DNA of 64,000 nucleotides from Candidatus Micrarchaeota archaeon. Lineage in GTDB: Archaea; Micrarchaeota; Micrarchaeia; Anstonellales; Bilamarchaeaceae. The translations under genes were made by a program, and so were the position numbers. The notes beneath the pieces are model-generated. The model was not told the origin of the DNA. It searched no databases and saw nothing but the letters and a program-made list of their open reading frames with translations. The stretch lies in NCBI GenBank assembly GCA_964647855.1, contig CAZYJW010000001.1:357200-421199 (forward strand). Direction: 5' to 3'. Within the stretch, counting starts at the first letter, position 1; every line of letters begins with the position of its first letter. This document shows positions 49,743-59,964 of the stretch, one piece after another.

Positions 49743-50900
49743 TTACAAACGGATGCCAAAAAGCAGCATCAGCGTCGGCACTATGAGCGCGCCCATCAGG
49801 TTCGTCCTCTCGCTGCCAAGCCGCAGGTTCAGCAGGCCGAGCGCCGCCGAGGCGGCGAGCACCGCGATTCCGGCCGGCCCGTCGATTGCGAGCGCCATGA
49901 GCGCGATGTATGCGGCAAGGACCGCCCGCAGGGGCCCCCCGTTTATCGCCGCGAAGGCGGATATCCTTGAGCGCAGCGCGTATATGAGCGCCGCGGCGCA
50001 GGCGGCCGACGCGAGGAACAGGGCCGCGAGCACCGGGAGCATGGCGCCCACGTCGGCCTGATCCATCACGACCGCCGTGGCGCCGACCCTGCTCTTCCCT
50101 ATCGCGGCAGCGCCGGCGAAGGAGGAGAGCGCCTGGCTCATGGAAACCGAGCTTATCAGGGCGAGATAGCGGTGGCTGTCCATCGGAAGGACAATCGTCG
50201 CGAATGCCGCGGCCTGGGCGGGCGAGCCGGCGGCGGGTATCAGGCCCGAGGCTATTCCCAGCAGCACCCCCGCCGCGACCGCGGGCGCTATGCCCCTCTC
50301 TGGCGGGAGGTCCTTCTGCGCCGGCACGGCCCCCCCGCCGGCCCCGAGCAGCTGGGCCATCGCGAACATCCCTGAAAAAAGCGGCAGGAATGGGTCCGCC
50401 AGGTCGAGCCGGAAGGTCGCCGCGCCGAGGGCGCCCGAGGCCAGGAGGATGAGGGCGGCGCGCGGCGCATCACGGGAGCGAAGGAGCAGGCCCGCAGTAA
50501 TCGCGAGAAGAACGATGCCCATGTGCGGCCGGAGGGCCGGATAGGCGGCTTCGTAGAACCCGCAGGAGGCCGGAAGCAGCGCGGCCGCCGCCAGCGTGGC
50601 GAGCACGCACGAGAGAAGGACGGTCTTGAGTGCCTTGAGGCCCTCTCCGCGGACGACCATGCGCTGGCCGGGAAGGGCGCAGAGCAAGGTAGCGCCCTCA
50701 GGGATGCCGAAGAAAATCGACGGGACGAAGGACGAGACGAGGTGCGCCGGGAACAGCGCGCCTATCATGAGTGCGAAGCCCCTGCCCGAAAGCCCCATCG
50801 ACGCGAGGATTGAGATTATCGTGTTGGAGTGCAGGCCCGGAAGCATGCCTCCGAAAAACCCGAGCGCGAAACCGATCAGCAGTGCAGGCGCGTCCTCCAT
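49743..50900 (-). CDS. TctA-like (DUF112) membrane protein
   Basis: GMLPGLHSNT, FVPSIFFGIPEG and LPGQRMV..GEG. Confidence 0.85.
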   Translation of the reverse strand: MEDAPALLIGFALGFFGGMLPGLHSNTIISILASMGLSGRGFALMIGALFPAHLVSSFVPSIFFGIPEGATLLCALPGQRMVVRGEGLKALKTVLLSCVLATLAAAALLPASCGFYEAAYPALRPHMGIVLLAITAGLLLRSRDAPRAALILLASGALGAATFRLDLADPFLPLFSGMFAMAQLLGAGGGAVPAQKDLPPERGIAPAVAAGVLLGIASGLIPAAGSPAQAAAFATIVLPMDSHRYLALISSVSMSQALSSFAGAAAIGKSRVGATAVVMDQADVGAMLPVLAALFLASAACAAALIYALRSRISAFAAINGGPLRAVLAAYIALMALAIDGPAGIAVLAASAALGLLNLRLGSERTNLMGALIVPTLMLLFGIRL

Positions 50901-50993
50901 CCGTCCCCCCGCAGGGAGAGCCGCCGCTAGGTAGTTATTCCTTCCATGGGCCCGGCTGTGGAAACACACAAGTGGAGGCCGGGGGGTGCGCGC

Positions 50994-52301
50994 TCAGCCT
51001 ATCGCGACATTCCTGATGCGTATGTGCGGCCCGCCGTCGCTCACCGGGACGCTCTGGGAGGATTTCCCGCAGATTCCCGGGCTCGCCCCGAAATCGTCCC
51101 CGACGCATTCCACATCCAGCATCGTCCTGAGGATGTTCCCGGTTATTGTGACGTCGCGCATCAGCGCCCCCTTCTCGCCGTTTTGGATGCCGTAGGCCTC
51201 CTCGGCCTTGAACATGAAGCCGCCCGAGAATATGTCCACGCTCCCGCCCTTCATGCCCTTGAGGTAAATCCCGGAGCGGATGCCGAAGACCTCCTCCACG
51301 CTGCTCCTCCCCCTCTGGAAATACGTGTTGCTCATCCTTACGACCGGAACCTCGCCGTAGTCCTCAGCCCTCGCATGCCCGTTCCTCGGATGCCCGAGCG
51401 CCTCGGCGGTCTCCCTGGAGTTGATGAACCCGCGGAGCACCCCGCCTTCCACGAGCGTGGCGGCCTTCGCCTCGACGCCCTCGTCGTCGAAATGATACCT
51501 GCCGAAATCATCCGCGAGGGGGTCGTCCACAATCGTCACGAGCCCGTTCCCTATCCGCTCCCCCACCCTCCCCTTCAGGATGGACTCCCCGTCAACCACC
51601 GAGTCCGCCTCGCAGGCATGGCCTACGGCCTCGTGCGACAGCACGCCGGTCATCTCGGGGTCGAGAACCGCGGTCAGCCTGCCCTTCGGAGGCGGCTTCG
51701 CCCCGAGAAGCCTTACCGCCTTGTCCCTTGCGGACTCGGCGGTCTCATGCAGCCTCAGGGCGCCGAATCCGCTGCGGGAGGCCGAGCGCGACGAGCCCCT
51801 CTGTATCGAGAGCCCGTCCTTGGCCACGCAGACGCACGAAAGGTAGCTGTACCCGGTTTCCTGCACTATGTGCGAGCCCTCCGAATTCCAGTACTCCTTC
51901 ACCGAGGCGGAATCGGTACATGAAATAATCCTCGAGGAAACCCCATTCCCTTCCATGCCCTTCGCCGCATCCTTGAGCATTTCGAGCTGGACCGAGGGGT
52001 CGCACGGCTCTACCGGGTCCTTCCTCCTTGCGCTGGTTGGCCGCGCATCCCCCACGGAAATGCCGCCCTGCTTGAGGCCAGCCAGTTTCCCGGCCTTCCT
52101 CAGCAGCTCCCCGATGTCGCCGGTGCCGCTACAGGAAGCGAAGCCCCACGCGCCCTTGCTCAGCACGCGCACGCTCATACCCGCGCTTGTGCCTGAGGAC
52201 TGCTTCGCCTCGCCGTCCTTGATGCTTGTGCTGGAATCCGAGGATTTCTCTATCCGCAGCTCAGCGAAATCGTATCCGGAGAGCAGGCTGAAATAGTCCA
52301 T
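50994..52301 (-). CDS. tldD: TldD-family metalloprotease
   Basis: GMSVRVLSKGAWGFAS, HEAVGHACEAD, FDDEG, RMSNTYF and GICGK..QSVPVSDGGP. Confidence 0.92.
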   Translation of the reverse strand: MDYFSLLSGYDFAELRIEKSSDSSTSIKDGEAKQSSGTSAGMSVRVLSKGAWGFASCSGTGDIGELLRKAGKLAGLKQGGISVGDARPTSARRKDPVEPCDPSVQLEMLKDAAKGMEGNGVSSRIISCTDSASVKEYWNSEGSHIVQETGYSYLSCVCVAKDGLSIQRGSSRSASRSGFGALRLHETAESARDKAVRLLGAKPPPKGRLTAVLDPEMTGVLSHEAVGHACEADSVVDGESILKGRVGERIGNGLVTIVDDPLADDFGRYHFDDEGVEAKAATLVEGGVLRGFINSRETAEALGHPRNGHARAEDYGEVPVVRMSNTYFQRGRSSVEEVFGIRSGIYLKGMKGGSVDIFSGGFMFKAEEAYGIQNGEKGALMRDVTITGNILRTMLDVECVGDDFGASPGICGKSSQSVPVSDGGPHIRIRNVAIG

Positions 52302-52325
52302 CGCCGCCCACCCCCCGCGCAATCC

Positions 52326-52652
52326 TCAGGCCAGGAACGCCTTCGCCTTCTGGGCGTATTCCTGGACGGCCTTCTTCTCCTCGCGGTCCTTTATCATGCC
52401 GCAGAAGATATGGCTTCCGAGCGGCACCATCACAAGGATGAGTCCGTCGAACGAGACCTCGACCTCCTTCTGCCGGTCGTCCATCCTCCTCATCATCGCG
52501 TCGGAGACGTTGGACACCGCGGCCAGCATGCCGGCAGAGAGGTCGTTCATCGCTATCGTCGACGCCACCGGGACGCCGTCCACCTTGACGATTGCGCCCC
52601 CGATGCCCTTCTCCTTCATCTCGTTCAGAATCGCCTCGAGTTCCCCTGCCAT
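52326..52652 (-). CDS. Roadblock/LC7 domain protein
   Basis: GGAIVKVDGVPVAS...LSAGMLAAV; Roadblock-like secondary-structure pattern, 108 aa. Confidence 0.75.
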   Translation of the reverse strand: MAGELEAILNEMKEKGIGGAIVKVDGVPVASTIAMNDLSAGMLAAVSNVSDAMMRRMDDRQKEVEVSFDGLILVMVPLGSHIFCGMIKDREEKKAVQEYAQKAKAFLA

Positions 52653-52692
52653 AATCATCCGCCTCCGGCATCCGGTTTCCAGCACCGGCATG

Positions 52693-53403
52693 TCACACTA
52701 TGTTTATCCCGCTGGGGCCCACCTTCACCGGTATCGGCATGTCCAGTTCGGGCACGCTGAGCGCGAACTTGCCCCCCCGATCCGCAATGGTGAAAACCTC
52801 GTCCATGCCGTGCTCGATGAGGCTGAGCGCCTGCTTGTCGTGCACGCCGTCGTCCACGAGGTATATCGCCGTCGCGCCCACGCTTTTTAGCCTGCCCTCG
52901 ACAACGCTCAGGAACTTCCGGATGGAATCCTGCGGGTTGTAGAGCACGAACGTCGAGAGCGTGTCGAAGACGATGCGCATCTTTTTCCCCGAGCTTTCGG
53001 CTATCGCCTCGTTGAGCATGAGCGAGATGTCGTTGAGGGCGCCCGGCCCCATCACTATCTTGATTTTCGGGTCCGCGCCCCCCTGCGGCTTTCCGAGGGT
53101 GGCGCTGTAGCAGTCTATGAACCTGATGTTGGGCCGATTCAGGTTGACGCCCATGGTCGACGCCTTGTTCACTATGTCCGCCGGGGACGAGTTGCCGCAG
53201 ACGACATACGCGTTCTCCTCCGCCCCGGCGGCGGCGATGAAATGGTAGGCGAAGGCCGACTTCTCTATGCCGCTTGGCCCTATCATCACGATGTTGCCGG
53301 GGTTGAAATACCCGCCTTCGAGGATTATGTCAAGGTCCGGGATGCCGCTCGAGAGCCTGTTGGCCTTCAGTATGGGCATCTCTTCGTTCACGCCGCTCGC
53401 CAT
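52693..53403 (-). CDS. KaiC/RAD55-like single-domain ATPase with an altered Walker A
   Basis: SSGIPDLDIILEGG, GPSGIEKS, FIDCYS and RIVFDTLST. Confidence 0.88.
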   Translation of the reverse strand: MASGVNEEMPILKANRLSSGIPDLDIILEGGYFNPGNIVMIGPSGIEKSAFAYHFIAAAGAEENAYVVCGNSSPADIVNKASTMGVNLNRPNIRFIDCYSATLGKPQGGADPKIKIVMGPGALNDISLMLNEAIAESSGKKMRIVFDTLSTFVLYNPQDSIRKFLSVVEGRLKSVGATAIYLVDDGVHDKQALSLIEHGMDEVFTIADRGGKFALSVPELDMPIPVKVGPSGINIV

Positions 53404-53487
53404 GGCTGCTCATTCGGTTAGAAGATTTTTAAAGATAGGAGTAGGCGAAAATGAAAAATATTATGAAAAAAGGAAAAATTGCCCCGT

Positions 53488-53883
53488 TCAACCTGCGCCT
53501 GAAACGGTGACTACGCAGACGTCTCCGCTGCCCTCGCTGCCCATGAGCGCGTTGATGATGGGCGGCATGATGATGTATATCACGATGCCGATGACGGCTC
53601 CCGTGAGCATGGCGGTCGCCCACACGGCGGCTCTCGCCCTCGTTTCCGCACCGAGCACCTGCCCGACCGCATAGGTCGCGCCAGCCAGCACGACCAGGAT
53701 CATCGCGGTCGCGCCGAGGAACGTCCTCGCGTTGTTGCAGAGGATGTTGAGGGCGGATGCGAGGTTCGCAGCCGTCGGGTCGGCGGTCGCCGCAAGAAGC
53801 GAGACCAGGTTGAGCACCAGTACGGTCAATATCAGGAACTTGCCGAAAGAGTTCACTTTATCCATGTAGCCGATTATGTTCAT
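53488..53883 (-). CDS. VirB2/TrbC-like pilin
   Basis: Signal helix, then two hydrophobic helices separated by a short basic loop (GAETRARA); strong U-tract downstream. Confidence 0.65.
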   Translation of the reverse strand: MNIIGYMDKVNSFGKFLILTVLVLNLVSLLAATADPTAANLASALNILCNNARTFLGATAMILVVLAGATYAVGQVLGAETRARAAVWATAMLTGAVIGIVIYIIMPPIINALMGSEGSGDVCVVTVSGAG

Positions 53884-53959
53884 CTGTTCACCTTTGGAGC
53901 TTATACTGGACCTTAATCTTTAAAAGGCTATTTGGGCGAGTTATCGAAGAGGAGAGGGC

Positions 53960-55435
53960 ATGGGGAGCCAGTTTTCGCTGCCGGCATCGGACCGCACGCT
54001 AATCGCCGCCCTGCTCCTGCTTTTCCTGCTCACGCGCCTGCCGCTCCTCGCCTATCTCCCCTTCGTGAAGGACGAGGGGCTCTATGCGGTGATGATAGAG
54101 GAGCAGAGGGCCTCCCCGACCTTCGTCCCGACATTCCTGGGCGAGCCGGTGAACTGGAAGCCGCCGGTGTTCTTCTGGGCGTATTCGCTATTCCCGCAAA
54201 TCCCCCTCCTCCCGATGGAGGCTTCCTACAGGCTGCCTTCGATGCTGTTCGGCCTTCTTGCCGTCCCGATTGTCTTCGACATCCTGAGGAACACCGGGGC
54301 GGGAAGGAACGTGGCGTTCTTCTCGACGCTGATATTCATAGCGTCCATGCCCTCCATGTATCCGAACGCAGCCCTGCTAATCGATTCCCTGCTCTTCCTC
54401 CTGCTTTGCGCCGCGCTCTGGCTCTACATCGTGCCGAAATGCGGCGGGTGGCGGTTCATCGCCGCGGGCACGCTGGTGTTCGCAGCATTCTTCGTCAAGC
54501 TCATCCTCGCTGCGCTCCCGCCGCTCCTCGCGGCTGCGTTCTTCGCCCTAAATGACAGGCGGCAGCTGCGGAACCCCCTCTTCCTCCTCTCGCTCGCCGC
54601 GCTGCCTGCCGCGTTCCTGCTCAACTCAGCCATCCTCCAGTCCTGCGGCTTCGCGGGCGGGCTCTCGGACAGCGCAATAGGCGAGCACAATGCCTTCCAC
54701 AGCCTCTCGACCCAGCTCCAGTACCTGATGGGCTCCCTCAACCTCTTCCTGATAGGCGCGGGGGTGTGGTTCGGCCTGTCCCTGTTCGGCTTCGCGAGGC
54801 ACTGGCGGGCGCACCCCTTCATGGCATTCTGGTATTCGCTGACCGCCTTCCCCCTCATTGCGGGGAACTTCATGATTTGGTACTACCTCCCGGTGATGCC
54901 GGCAATCGCGTTCTTCGCCGCGATGGTGCTGATACGGTGGGGCGGGCAGGACAACATGGACCTCTTCTTCCGCATCTTCTTCGCGATGGCGCTAATCGCC
55001 TCGCTGGGGATGATAGCGTTCGTCTACGCCAACCTGCACGAATGGTACCTGCCGGAGAAGGCAGCCGGGCAGTTCCTCTCCGGAAAGGACGGGGTCATGA
55101 TGCTTGGGGGCTTTGCGCCGAGCACGGTGGCTTACAAGGCGCTGGGCGAGATGGATGGCGGGGGGCGGGCGCTGGATTTCGGATGGATTGTCCTAAACGA
55201 CCTCGACACCGTCCCGCAGGCCATGGAGGCGTATCTCGTTGACTACCACTCGGCTGAATTCGACACGGAATCCTCGCCGAGCAGGATGTTCAACACGCCG
55301 CTGATTTTCCGGAAGCAGACCAACCTCACATCCTTCGAAAGGATCGTGCTCGTGCGAGTCATCCCGAAGGAGCTGCCGCCCGGGACGCCGGCCTTCAACG
55401 AGTCCGACATCCTTATCTATGGCAATGGCGGCTGA
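53960..55435 (+). CDS. GT-C membrane glycosyltransferase (ArnT/PMT-like)
   Basis: DEGLY, KPPVFFW, YRLPS and many TM helices. Confidence 0.85.
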   Translation: MGSQFSLPASDRTLIAALLLLFLLTRLPLLAYLPFVKDEGLYAVMIEEQRASPTFVPTFLGEPVNWKPPVFFWAYSLFPQIPLLPMEASYRLPSMLFGLLAVPIVFDILRNTGAGRNVAFFSTLIFIASMPSMYPNAALLIDSLLFLLLCAALWLYIVPKCGGWRFIAAGTLVFAAFFVKLILAALPPLLAAAFFALNDRRQLRNPLFLLSLAALPAAFLLNSAILQSCGFAGGLSDSAIGEHNAFHSLSTQLQYLMGSLNLFLIGAGVWFGLSLFGFARHWRAHPFMAFWYSLTAFPLIAGNFMIWYYLPVMPAIAFFAAMVLIRWGGQDNMDLFFRIFFAMALIASLGMIAFVYANLHEWYLPEKAAGQFLSGKDGVMMLGGFAPSTVAYKALGEMDGGGRALDFGWIVLNDLDTVPQAMEAYLVDYHSAEFDTESSPSRMFNTPLIFRKQTNLTSFERIVLVRVIPKELPPGTPAFNESDILIYGNGG

Positions 55436-55458
55436 AATATTTCAATCGGCCCGCAGTT

Positions 55459-56115
55459 TCAGACAAAGCGCCGCCTTAGGAGGAAAAGCCCTATCCCTAT
55501 GCCATGGAGAGGGCTCAGCTTCGACTTCCCCCTTCGCGCGCGGTAGGTTATCGGGACCTCCCTAAGGGACAGGCCCCTTTTCGCGCACTCGGCGAAAAAG
55601 TTCGCCTCGAGCTCGAAATGGCCCTCTTGTATCTCCATCGCCTTGTAGGCATTTTTGCGGAACGCCCAGAAGCCAGAGCACACGTCGCTGACGCCCCTGC
55701 CGTAGATGGCGGAGGCGAGGAATGAGAGCGCCCTGTTCCCGAAAGCGTTCATTGCGGACATCGAGCCCGGCTCGATTCTGCCCCTGAACCTGCTGCCCAG
55801 CGCAACGTCCGATTCGTCGAGGGCGCTGAGCAGGAGCGGTATCTCCTCCGGGCAGTAGCTCGAATCTGAATCGAGGAGCACGACGCGGTCGGCGTCCACC
55901 ATGGCGAACGCCCTGCCTATCGCCCGCGCCTTCCCCCTTCCCTCCACGGATATGACCTTTGCGCCGGAGCGCCTCGCAATCTCCCGGGTCCCGTCTGTGC
56001 TCCCGCTGTCCACCACGAACACGGAGAAATCCTTCCCCGCATTCCTCACCCCGCGTATCACGTCGCCGACCGACTCGGCTTCGTCCATGGTGGGAAGGAG
56101 GACTGCGACGCGCAT
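55459..56115 (-). CDS. GT2 glycosyltransferase (Dol-P-sugar synthase-like)
   Basis: LLPTMDE, VDSGSTDGT, DSD, GSRF, DVCSGFWAF and EVPITY. Confidence 0.92.
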   Translation of the reverse strand: MRVAVLLPTMDEAESVGDVIRGVRNAGKDFSVFVVDSGSTDGTREIARRSGAKVISVEGRGKARAIGRAFAMVDADRVVLLDSDSSYCPEEIPLLLSALDESDVALGSRFRGRIEPGSMSAMNAFGNRALSFLASAIYGRGVSDVCSGFWAFRKNAYKAMEIQEGHFELEANFFAECAKRGLSLREVPITYRARRGKSKLSPLHGIGIGLFLLRRRFV

Positions 56116-56182
56116 GGATAACGGTCTCCCCGCTCGTTATTATATTAATAACCTTCATGCGCAAGTTCCCCTGCTGGTCGCC

Positions 56183-57751
56183 GTGCAACCCATCGACAGG
56201 ATTTCGAATCTTCTTTACTCCGGCCTCTGGGCCCTGTTCCTGTTCAGCCTGCTCGCTGCAGCCGCGCTCATCATCGTGAGCATCCCCTCTCTTCCGGGGA
56301 TGGTCGAGGATTTCCACGGCGACAGCTACGACACCATCACGAGCGTGAAGGTGCTCTGCGAGGAGGGCCCCTTCGGGCAGCCGGAGTATTTCGACAGGCC
56401 CTACCGGATGTTCGGGAACTTCCCCCTCCTGTATGCCGCGCTCTCATGCATAATCAACCTCGCGGTGAACGATTACTCCCTTAGCGTCACTCTCCTCTAC
56501 TGGGCCGTGGAAATAGGGATAGCCGCCCTCCTATGGTCCGTCCTGCTGAAAAAGCTCGACCCGAAACTGCGCCTCCTCATCATCACGGTCTTCCTCGCCG
56601 ACATCGTCTTCGGCAACCTGTTCCCCCTCGGCTTCCGCAAGAGGCAGCAGCTCGCGGTGCTCCTCGGGCTCGCCATGTTCGCTTCGGAGGGCCGCGCCCT
56701 GGGGGGCGCGCTCGCCTTCCTCGCCGCGCTCGCGCAGCCGTTCACGGGGATCATGCTCGCCGGCCTCAGGGGCCTCCATCTCGCGGACAGGCGCGACTAC
56801 GGCGGAATCGCGGCTCTTGCGGCCGGGCTCGCCCTTTCGCTGCCCTTCTACTCCGGCCTCCTGCTCTCCACCGCGGAGGAGCCGGCGATGCCAGGATGCG
56901 GGCTGATTACGTTCCGCCAGTTCGCAGGCCCCGCGCTCATCCTCGTTGCAGCAATCGCGCTCTTCTGCTACGAGAACCGCCCGCGGCTGGGGCCCCTCGG
57001 ATTCGGCACGCTCGCCCTGGCGCTGTTCTACCCTCTCTCGCTGCTGGGCTTCCTCGTCATCAAGGACGTGGCGCCCGCCGCAATCACGGAGCGGTTCCTC
57101 TACATCGTGTCGATGCCTTGCGTCGAATCGGTCCTGCAGGCGGCCGCCGCTGGCATGGCTGCGATGGTTTTCCTCAAGGGGGCATCAATTTCCCGCCCCG
57201 CCGCGTCCATCCTCATCGTTTTTTCCGTGATAAACCTCGCCTATCTCATGTCCGGGCTGATGGCCCCGCCCGCGCTCGATTCGCGCTATGGGGAGCTCGA
57301 ATCCGTCCTTTCAGGAAACGGCATCGCCCGGGTGAAAAGCGCGGAGATGGCCGTGTCCGGCTACGGTGGGGAAAACCGTTTCACCCCCCTATTCCCATGG
57401 TTTCCGTTCCTCGGCTATTCCCTGCTCGAAGGCAAGCCCCTGCACTTCATAGATGAGATAAACCTCCCGCCGCAGATGTCCCGCGGCGGCAGCAACATCC
57501 ACATGATGAAACTCCCGCCCGCAATATACGAAGGCGATATCGCAGGCTGCCGCGCCGCAGTGGGCGGCATGAGGGGCGCGGGGGCCGAGGGCGTCCTCGT
57601 GCTCGTGAACTACGATTTCACTGCCGTTAGGGACGCGGAGAAGGAGGCCAGATTCTACGATGAAGGCTTCCTGGGGGAATGCGGCCTCGAGCTTATTTCC
57701 GGCCTTCCGCCCGGCGCCACCACGATGGCGGTCTACAGGGTGGCACCATGA
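56183..57751 (+). CDS. Multi-pass membrane protein, possible GT-C glycosyltransferase
   Basis: Many TM helices, acidic loop after TM1 (GDSYD) and FPLLY; sits within the GT cluster; GTG start inferred. Confidence 0.6.
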   Translation: MQPIDRISNLLYSGLWALFLFSLLAAAALIIVSIPSLPGMVEDFHGDSYDTITSVKVLCEEGPFGQPEYFDRPYRMFGNFPLLYAALSCIINLAVNDYSLSVTLLYWAVEIGIAALLWSVLLKKLDPKLRLLIITVFLADIVFGNLFPLGFRKRQQLAVLLGLAMFASEGRALGGALAFLAALAQPFTGIMLAGLRGLHLADRRDYGGIAALAAGLALSLPFYSGLLLSTAEEPAMPGCGLITFRQFAGPALILVAAIALFCYENRPRLGPLGFGTLALALFYPLSLLGFLVIKDVAPAAITERFLYIVSMPCVESVLQAAAAGMAAMVFLKGASISRPAASILIVFSVINLAYLMSGLMAPPALDSRYGELESVLSGNGIARVKSAEMAVSGYGGENRFTPLFPWFPFLGYSLLEGKPLHFIDEINLPPQMSRGGSNIHMMKLPPAIYEGDIAGCRAAVGGMRGAGAEGVLVLVNYDFTAVRDAEKEARFYDEGFLGECGLELISGLPPGATTMAVYRVAP

Positions 57752-58497
57752 GCGCAAGGGCGAGCCGTTTGGCGGTGTCCGCAATCATCCCGGTGCACAA
57801 CGAGGCGGAGACGCTCGCGGATGCCGTAGCCCGCCTCTCGGAGGCGCTCCGGCGCTTCGGCTGGGAATCAGAGATAATCATCTGCGAGGACGGGAGCACG
57901 GACGGCTCGGCAAAGGCAGCGCGCGCAATCGCGGCAGAAAACCCCGGCGTCCGCGCGATAATCTCGGAAAAGCGCCTCGGACGCGGCCTCTCGCTCTCGC
58001 GCGCCATCCGCGGGGCGAAGGGGGATATCGTCATATACATGGACGCGGACCTCGCGACCGGCCTCGCCCACCTCCCGGAGCTTGTGCGCGCGATTGAGGC
58101 CGGGGCGGGCATCGCGACGGGCTCGCGCATGCTTCCGGGCTCCATTGTGGAAGGCCGCAGCGCCCTTCGTGAAATCTCAAGCAGGGGCTATAACCTCCTA
58201 ATCCGGATTCTTTTCGGCTCGAGAATCCACGACCACCAGTGCGGGTTCAAGGCGTTCCGGAAGTCGGGCGTGCTTCCGCTTCTGGAAGAAGTCCGGGACA
58301 GGCATTGGTTCTGGGACACCGAGCTGCTCGTCCGCGCGCAGCGCAAGGGGATGCGCGTAGCGGAAATCCCGGTGCGGTGGAAGGACAGGAAGGAGAGCCG
58401 CGTGCGCCTTCATTCCGACATATTCCGCATGGGCGCCTCCGCGCTGATGCTCCGGCTCGCGCTATGGAAAGGGGTAAAAAGAAATCGGGGCGATTGA
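57748..58497 (+). CDS. GT2 dolichyl-phosphate glycosyltransferase (AglD/Alg5-like)
   Basis: IPVHNE, EDGSTDGS, MDADL, DHQCGFKAF and WFWDTELL. Confidence 0.92.
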   Translation: MSARASRLAVSAIIPVHNEAETLADAVARLSEALRRFGWESEIIICEDGSTDGSAKAARAIAAENPGVRAIISEKRLGRGLSLSRAIRGAKGDIVIYMDADLATGLAHLPELVRAIEAGAGIATGSRMLPGSIVEGRSALREISSRGYNLLIRILFGSRIHDHQCGFKAFRKSGVLPLLEEVRDRHWFWDTELLVRAQRKGMRVAEIPVRWKDRKESRVRLHSDIFRMGASALMLRLALWKGVKRNRGD

Positions 58498-58502
58498 AAA
58501 CC

Positions 58503-59927
58503 ATGGGCGGGAGGCAAGGGCTTTTTGCAGTGGCTTTCATATCGGGCGCATGCTCGCTCCTCGTGGAGCTAGCGGGAGCGCGCGCCATGGCGCCGTTCCT
58601 CGGTACTACGATTTACTCGTGGGCGGCGGTCATCGGCTTCGTGCTCGCGTCGCTGAGCATCGGGTATTATATCGGCGGCGTCCTCGCGGACAGGTTCAAC
58701 GACCGGAAGCACCTCGCCGCCATACTTCTGGGCGCGTCCCTCTCAACGCTGGCGATACCCGCGCTCGGCTCGGTGCTGCTTCCATTCACGCTTTTCACGG
58801 ACCTCGCCACGGGCAGCCTATTCGGGGCGTTGATTCTCGTCCCGGCGAGCCTCTTCTACGGCATGGTCTCGCCCTACTGCATCAAGCTCACGAACGCCGC
58901 CGGGGAGGAGGGCAGGAGCGCGGGGACGCTGTTCGCGGTCTCGACCGTCGGCAGCATCGCGGGCGCCCTCGGGACGGGCTTCGTATTGATTCCATCGATG
59001 CAGATAACCCACATCTTCGTGCTCGCGGGCGCGCTGATGTTCGCATGCTGCCTCGCGCTCTCGGGCTTCGGAAGGAAGGCGCTCACGGACGCGTTCCCGT
59101 TCGCGGCGTTCGCGCTAATAGCCCTAAGCTCGTCGGTCGAGCCTCCGATGAGCGGCGACATCGTTTTCAGCGGGCAGAGCCCGTACTACCATCTCAGGGT
59201 CATAGACACGCAATGGAACGGCGGGCCCGCGCGCGTGCTCTTCCTTGACAGCGCTGCGTCCTCGGGCGAGAGGCCGGACGGCGAGCTGGCGTTCCAGTAC
59301 ATGATTGCGAAGCGCCTCGCCTATCCGTATGCCGGGGACGTGGGGAAGGCGCTCGTGATAGGCGCGGCGGCAGGGAACGAGATGGAGGACGTAGAGAGGC
59401 ACTTCCCGGATGCCGAAGTCCACGGGGTGGAAATCGACCCGGCCGCGGTCGCGCTGGGGAGGGAATATTTCTCGCTCGGCGACGGAACAGCCTCGCGGAT
59501 AGCGATAGACGACGCCCGGCGCTTCGTGCGCCGCTCGGAGGGCGGATACGACCTCGTCCTCATCGACTGCTTCCACGGCATCAGCCCCCCTTACCACCTG
59601 ACCACCGCGGAGTTCCTGCGCGAGCTCAAGGGCACGATGGCGCCGGATGGCATGGCGGTCGTCAACGTGATATCCTCGCTCGAGGGCCCGAAGTCCGAGG
59701 CCTTCCTGAGGTTCCACAGCACCTTCTCATCCGTTTTCGATAACGTCGCCGCCGTCCAGACAAGGAACGACACCGCCCGGCTCCAGAACATCATAATCGT
59801 CGCGAGCGACCGCGACCTGTCGGATTTCACGCGCGGCCATGCCGGCGAAATATATTCCGGGCCCGTCCCCTTCCGCGAGCCGCTGACCGACGGCCTGAAC
59901 CCGATAGAGCTCTACGCCACGCGCTGA
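58503..59927 (+). CDS. Fused membrane domain/spermidine synthase-like SAM-dependent protein
   Basis: ELAGARAMAPFLG, STVGSIAG, SPYY, VEIDP, DDARRFV, YDLVLID and LTD. Confidence 0.88.
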   Translation: MGGRQGLFAVAFISGACSLLVELAGARAMAPFLGTTIYSWAAVIGFVLASLSIGYYIGGVLADRFNDRKHLAAILLGASLSTLAIPALGSVLLPFTLFTDLATGSLFGALILVPASLFYGMVSPYCIKLTNAAGEEGRSAGTLFAVSTVGSIAGALGTGFVLIPSMQITHIFVLAGALMFACCLALSGFGRKALTDAFPFAAFALIALSSSVEPPMSGDIVFSGQSPYYHLRVIDTQWNGGPARVLFLDSAASSGERPDGELAFQYMIAKRLAYPYAGDVGKALVIGAAAGNEMEDVERHFPDAEVHGVEIDPAAVALGREYFSLGDGTASRIAIDDARRFVRRSEGGYDLVLIDCFHGISPPYHLTTAEFLRELKGTMAPDGMAVVNVISSLEGPKSEAFLRFHSTFSSVFDNVAAVQTRNDTARLQNIIIVASDRDLSDFTRGHAGEIYSGPVPFREPLTDGLNPIELYATR

Positions 59928-59964
59928 AATGGTTATTTATCCCTTAGCCCCGCATAATGCGAAT

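Noticed and set aside
53960..58497. Glycosyltransferase cluster as a novel system
   Set aside because: GT2 plus GT-C grouping is the ordinary archaeal Dol-P-dependent surface glycosylation arrangement.
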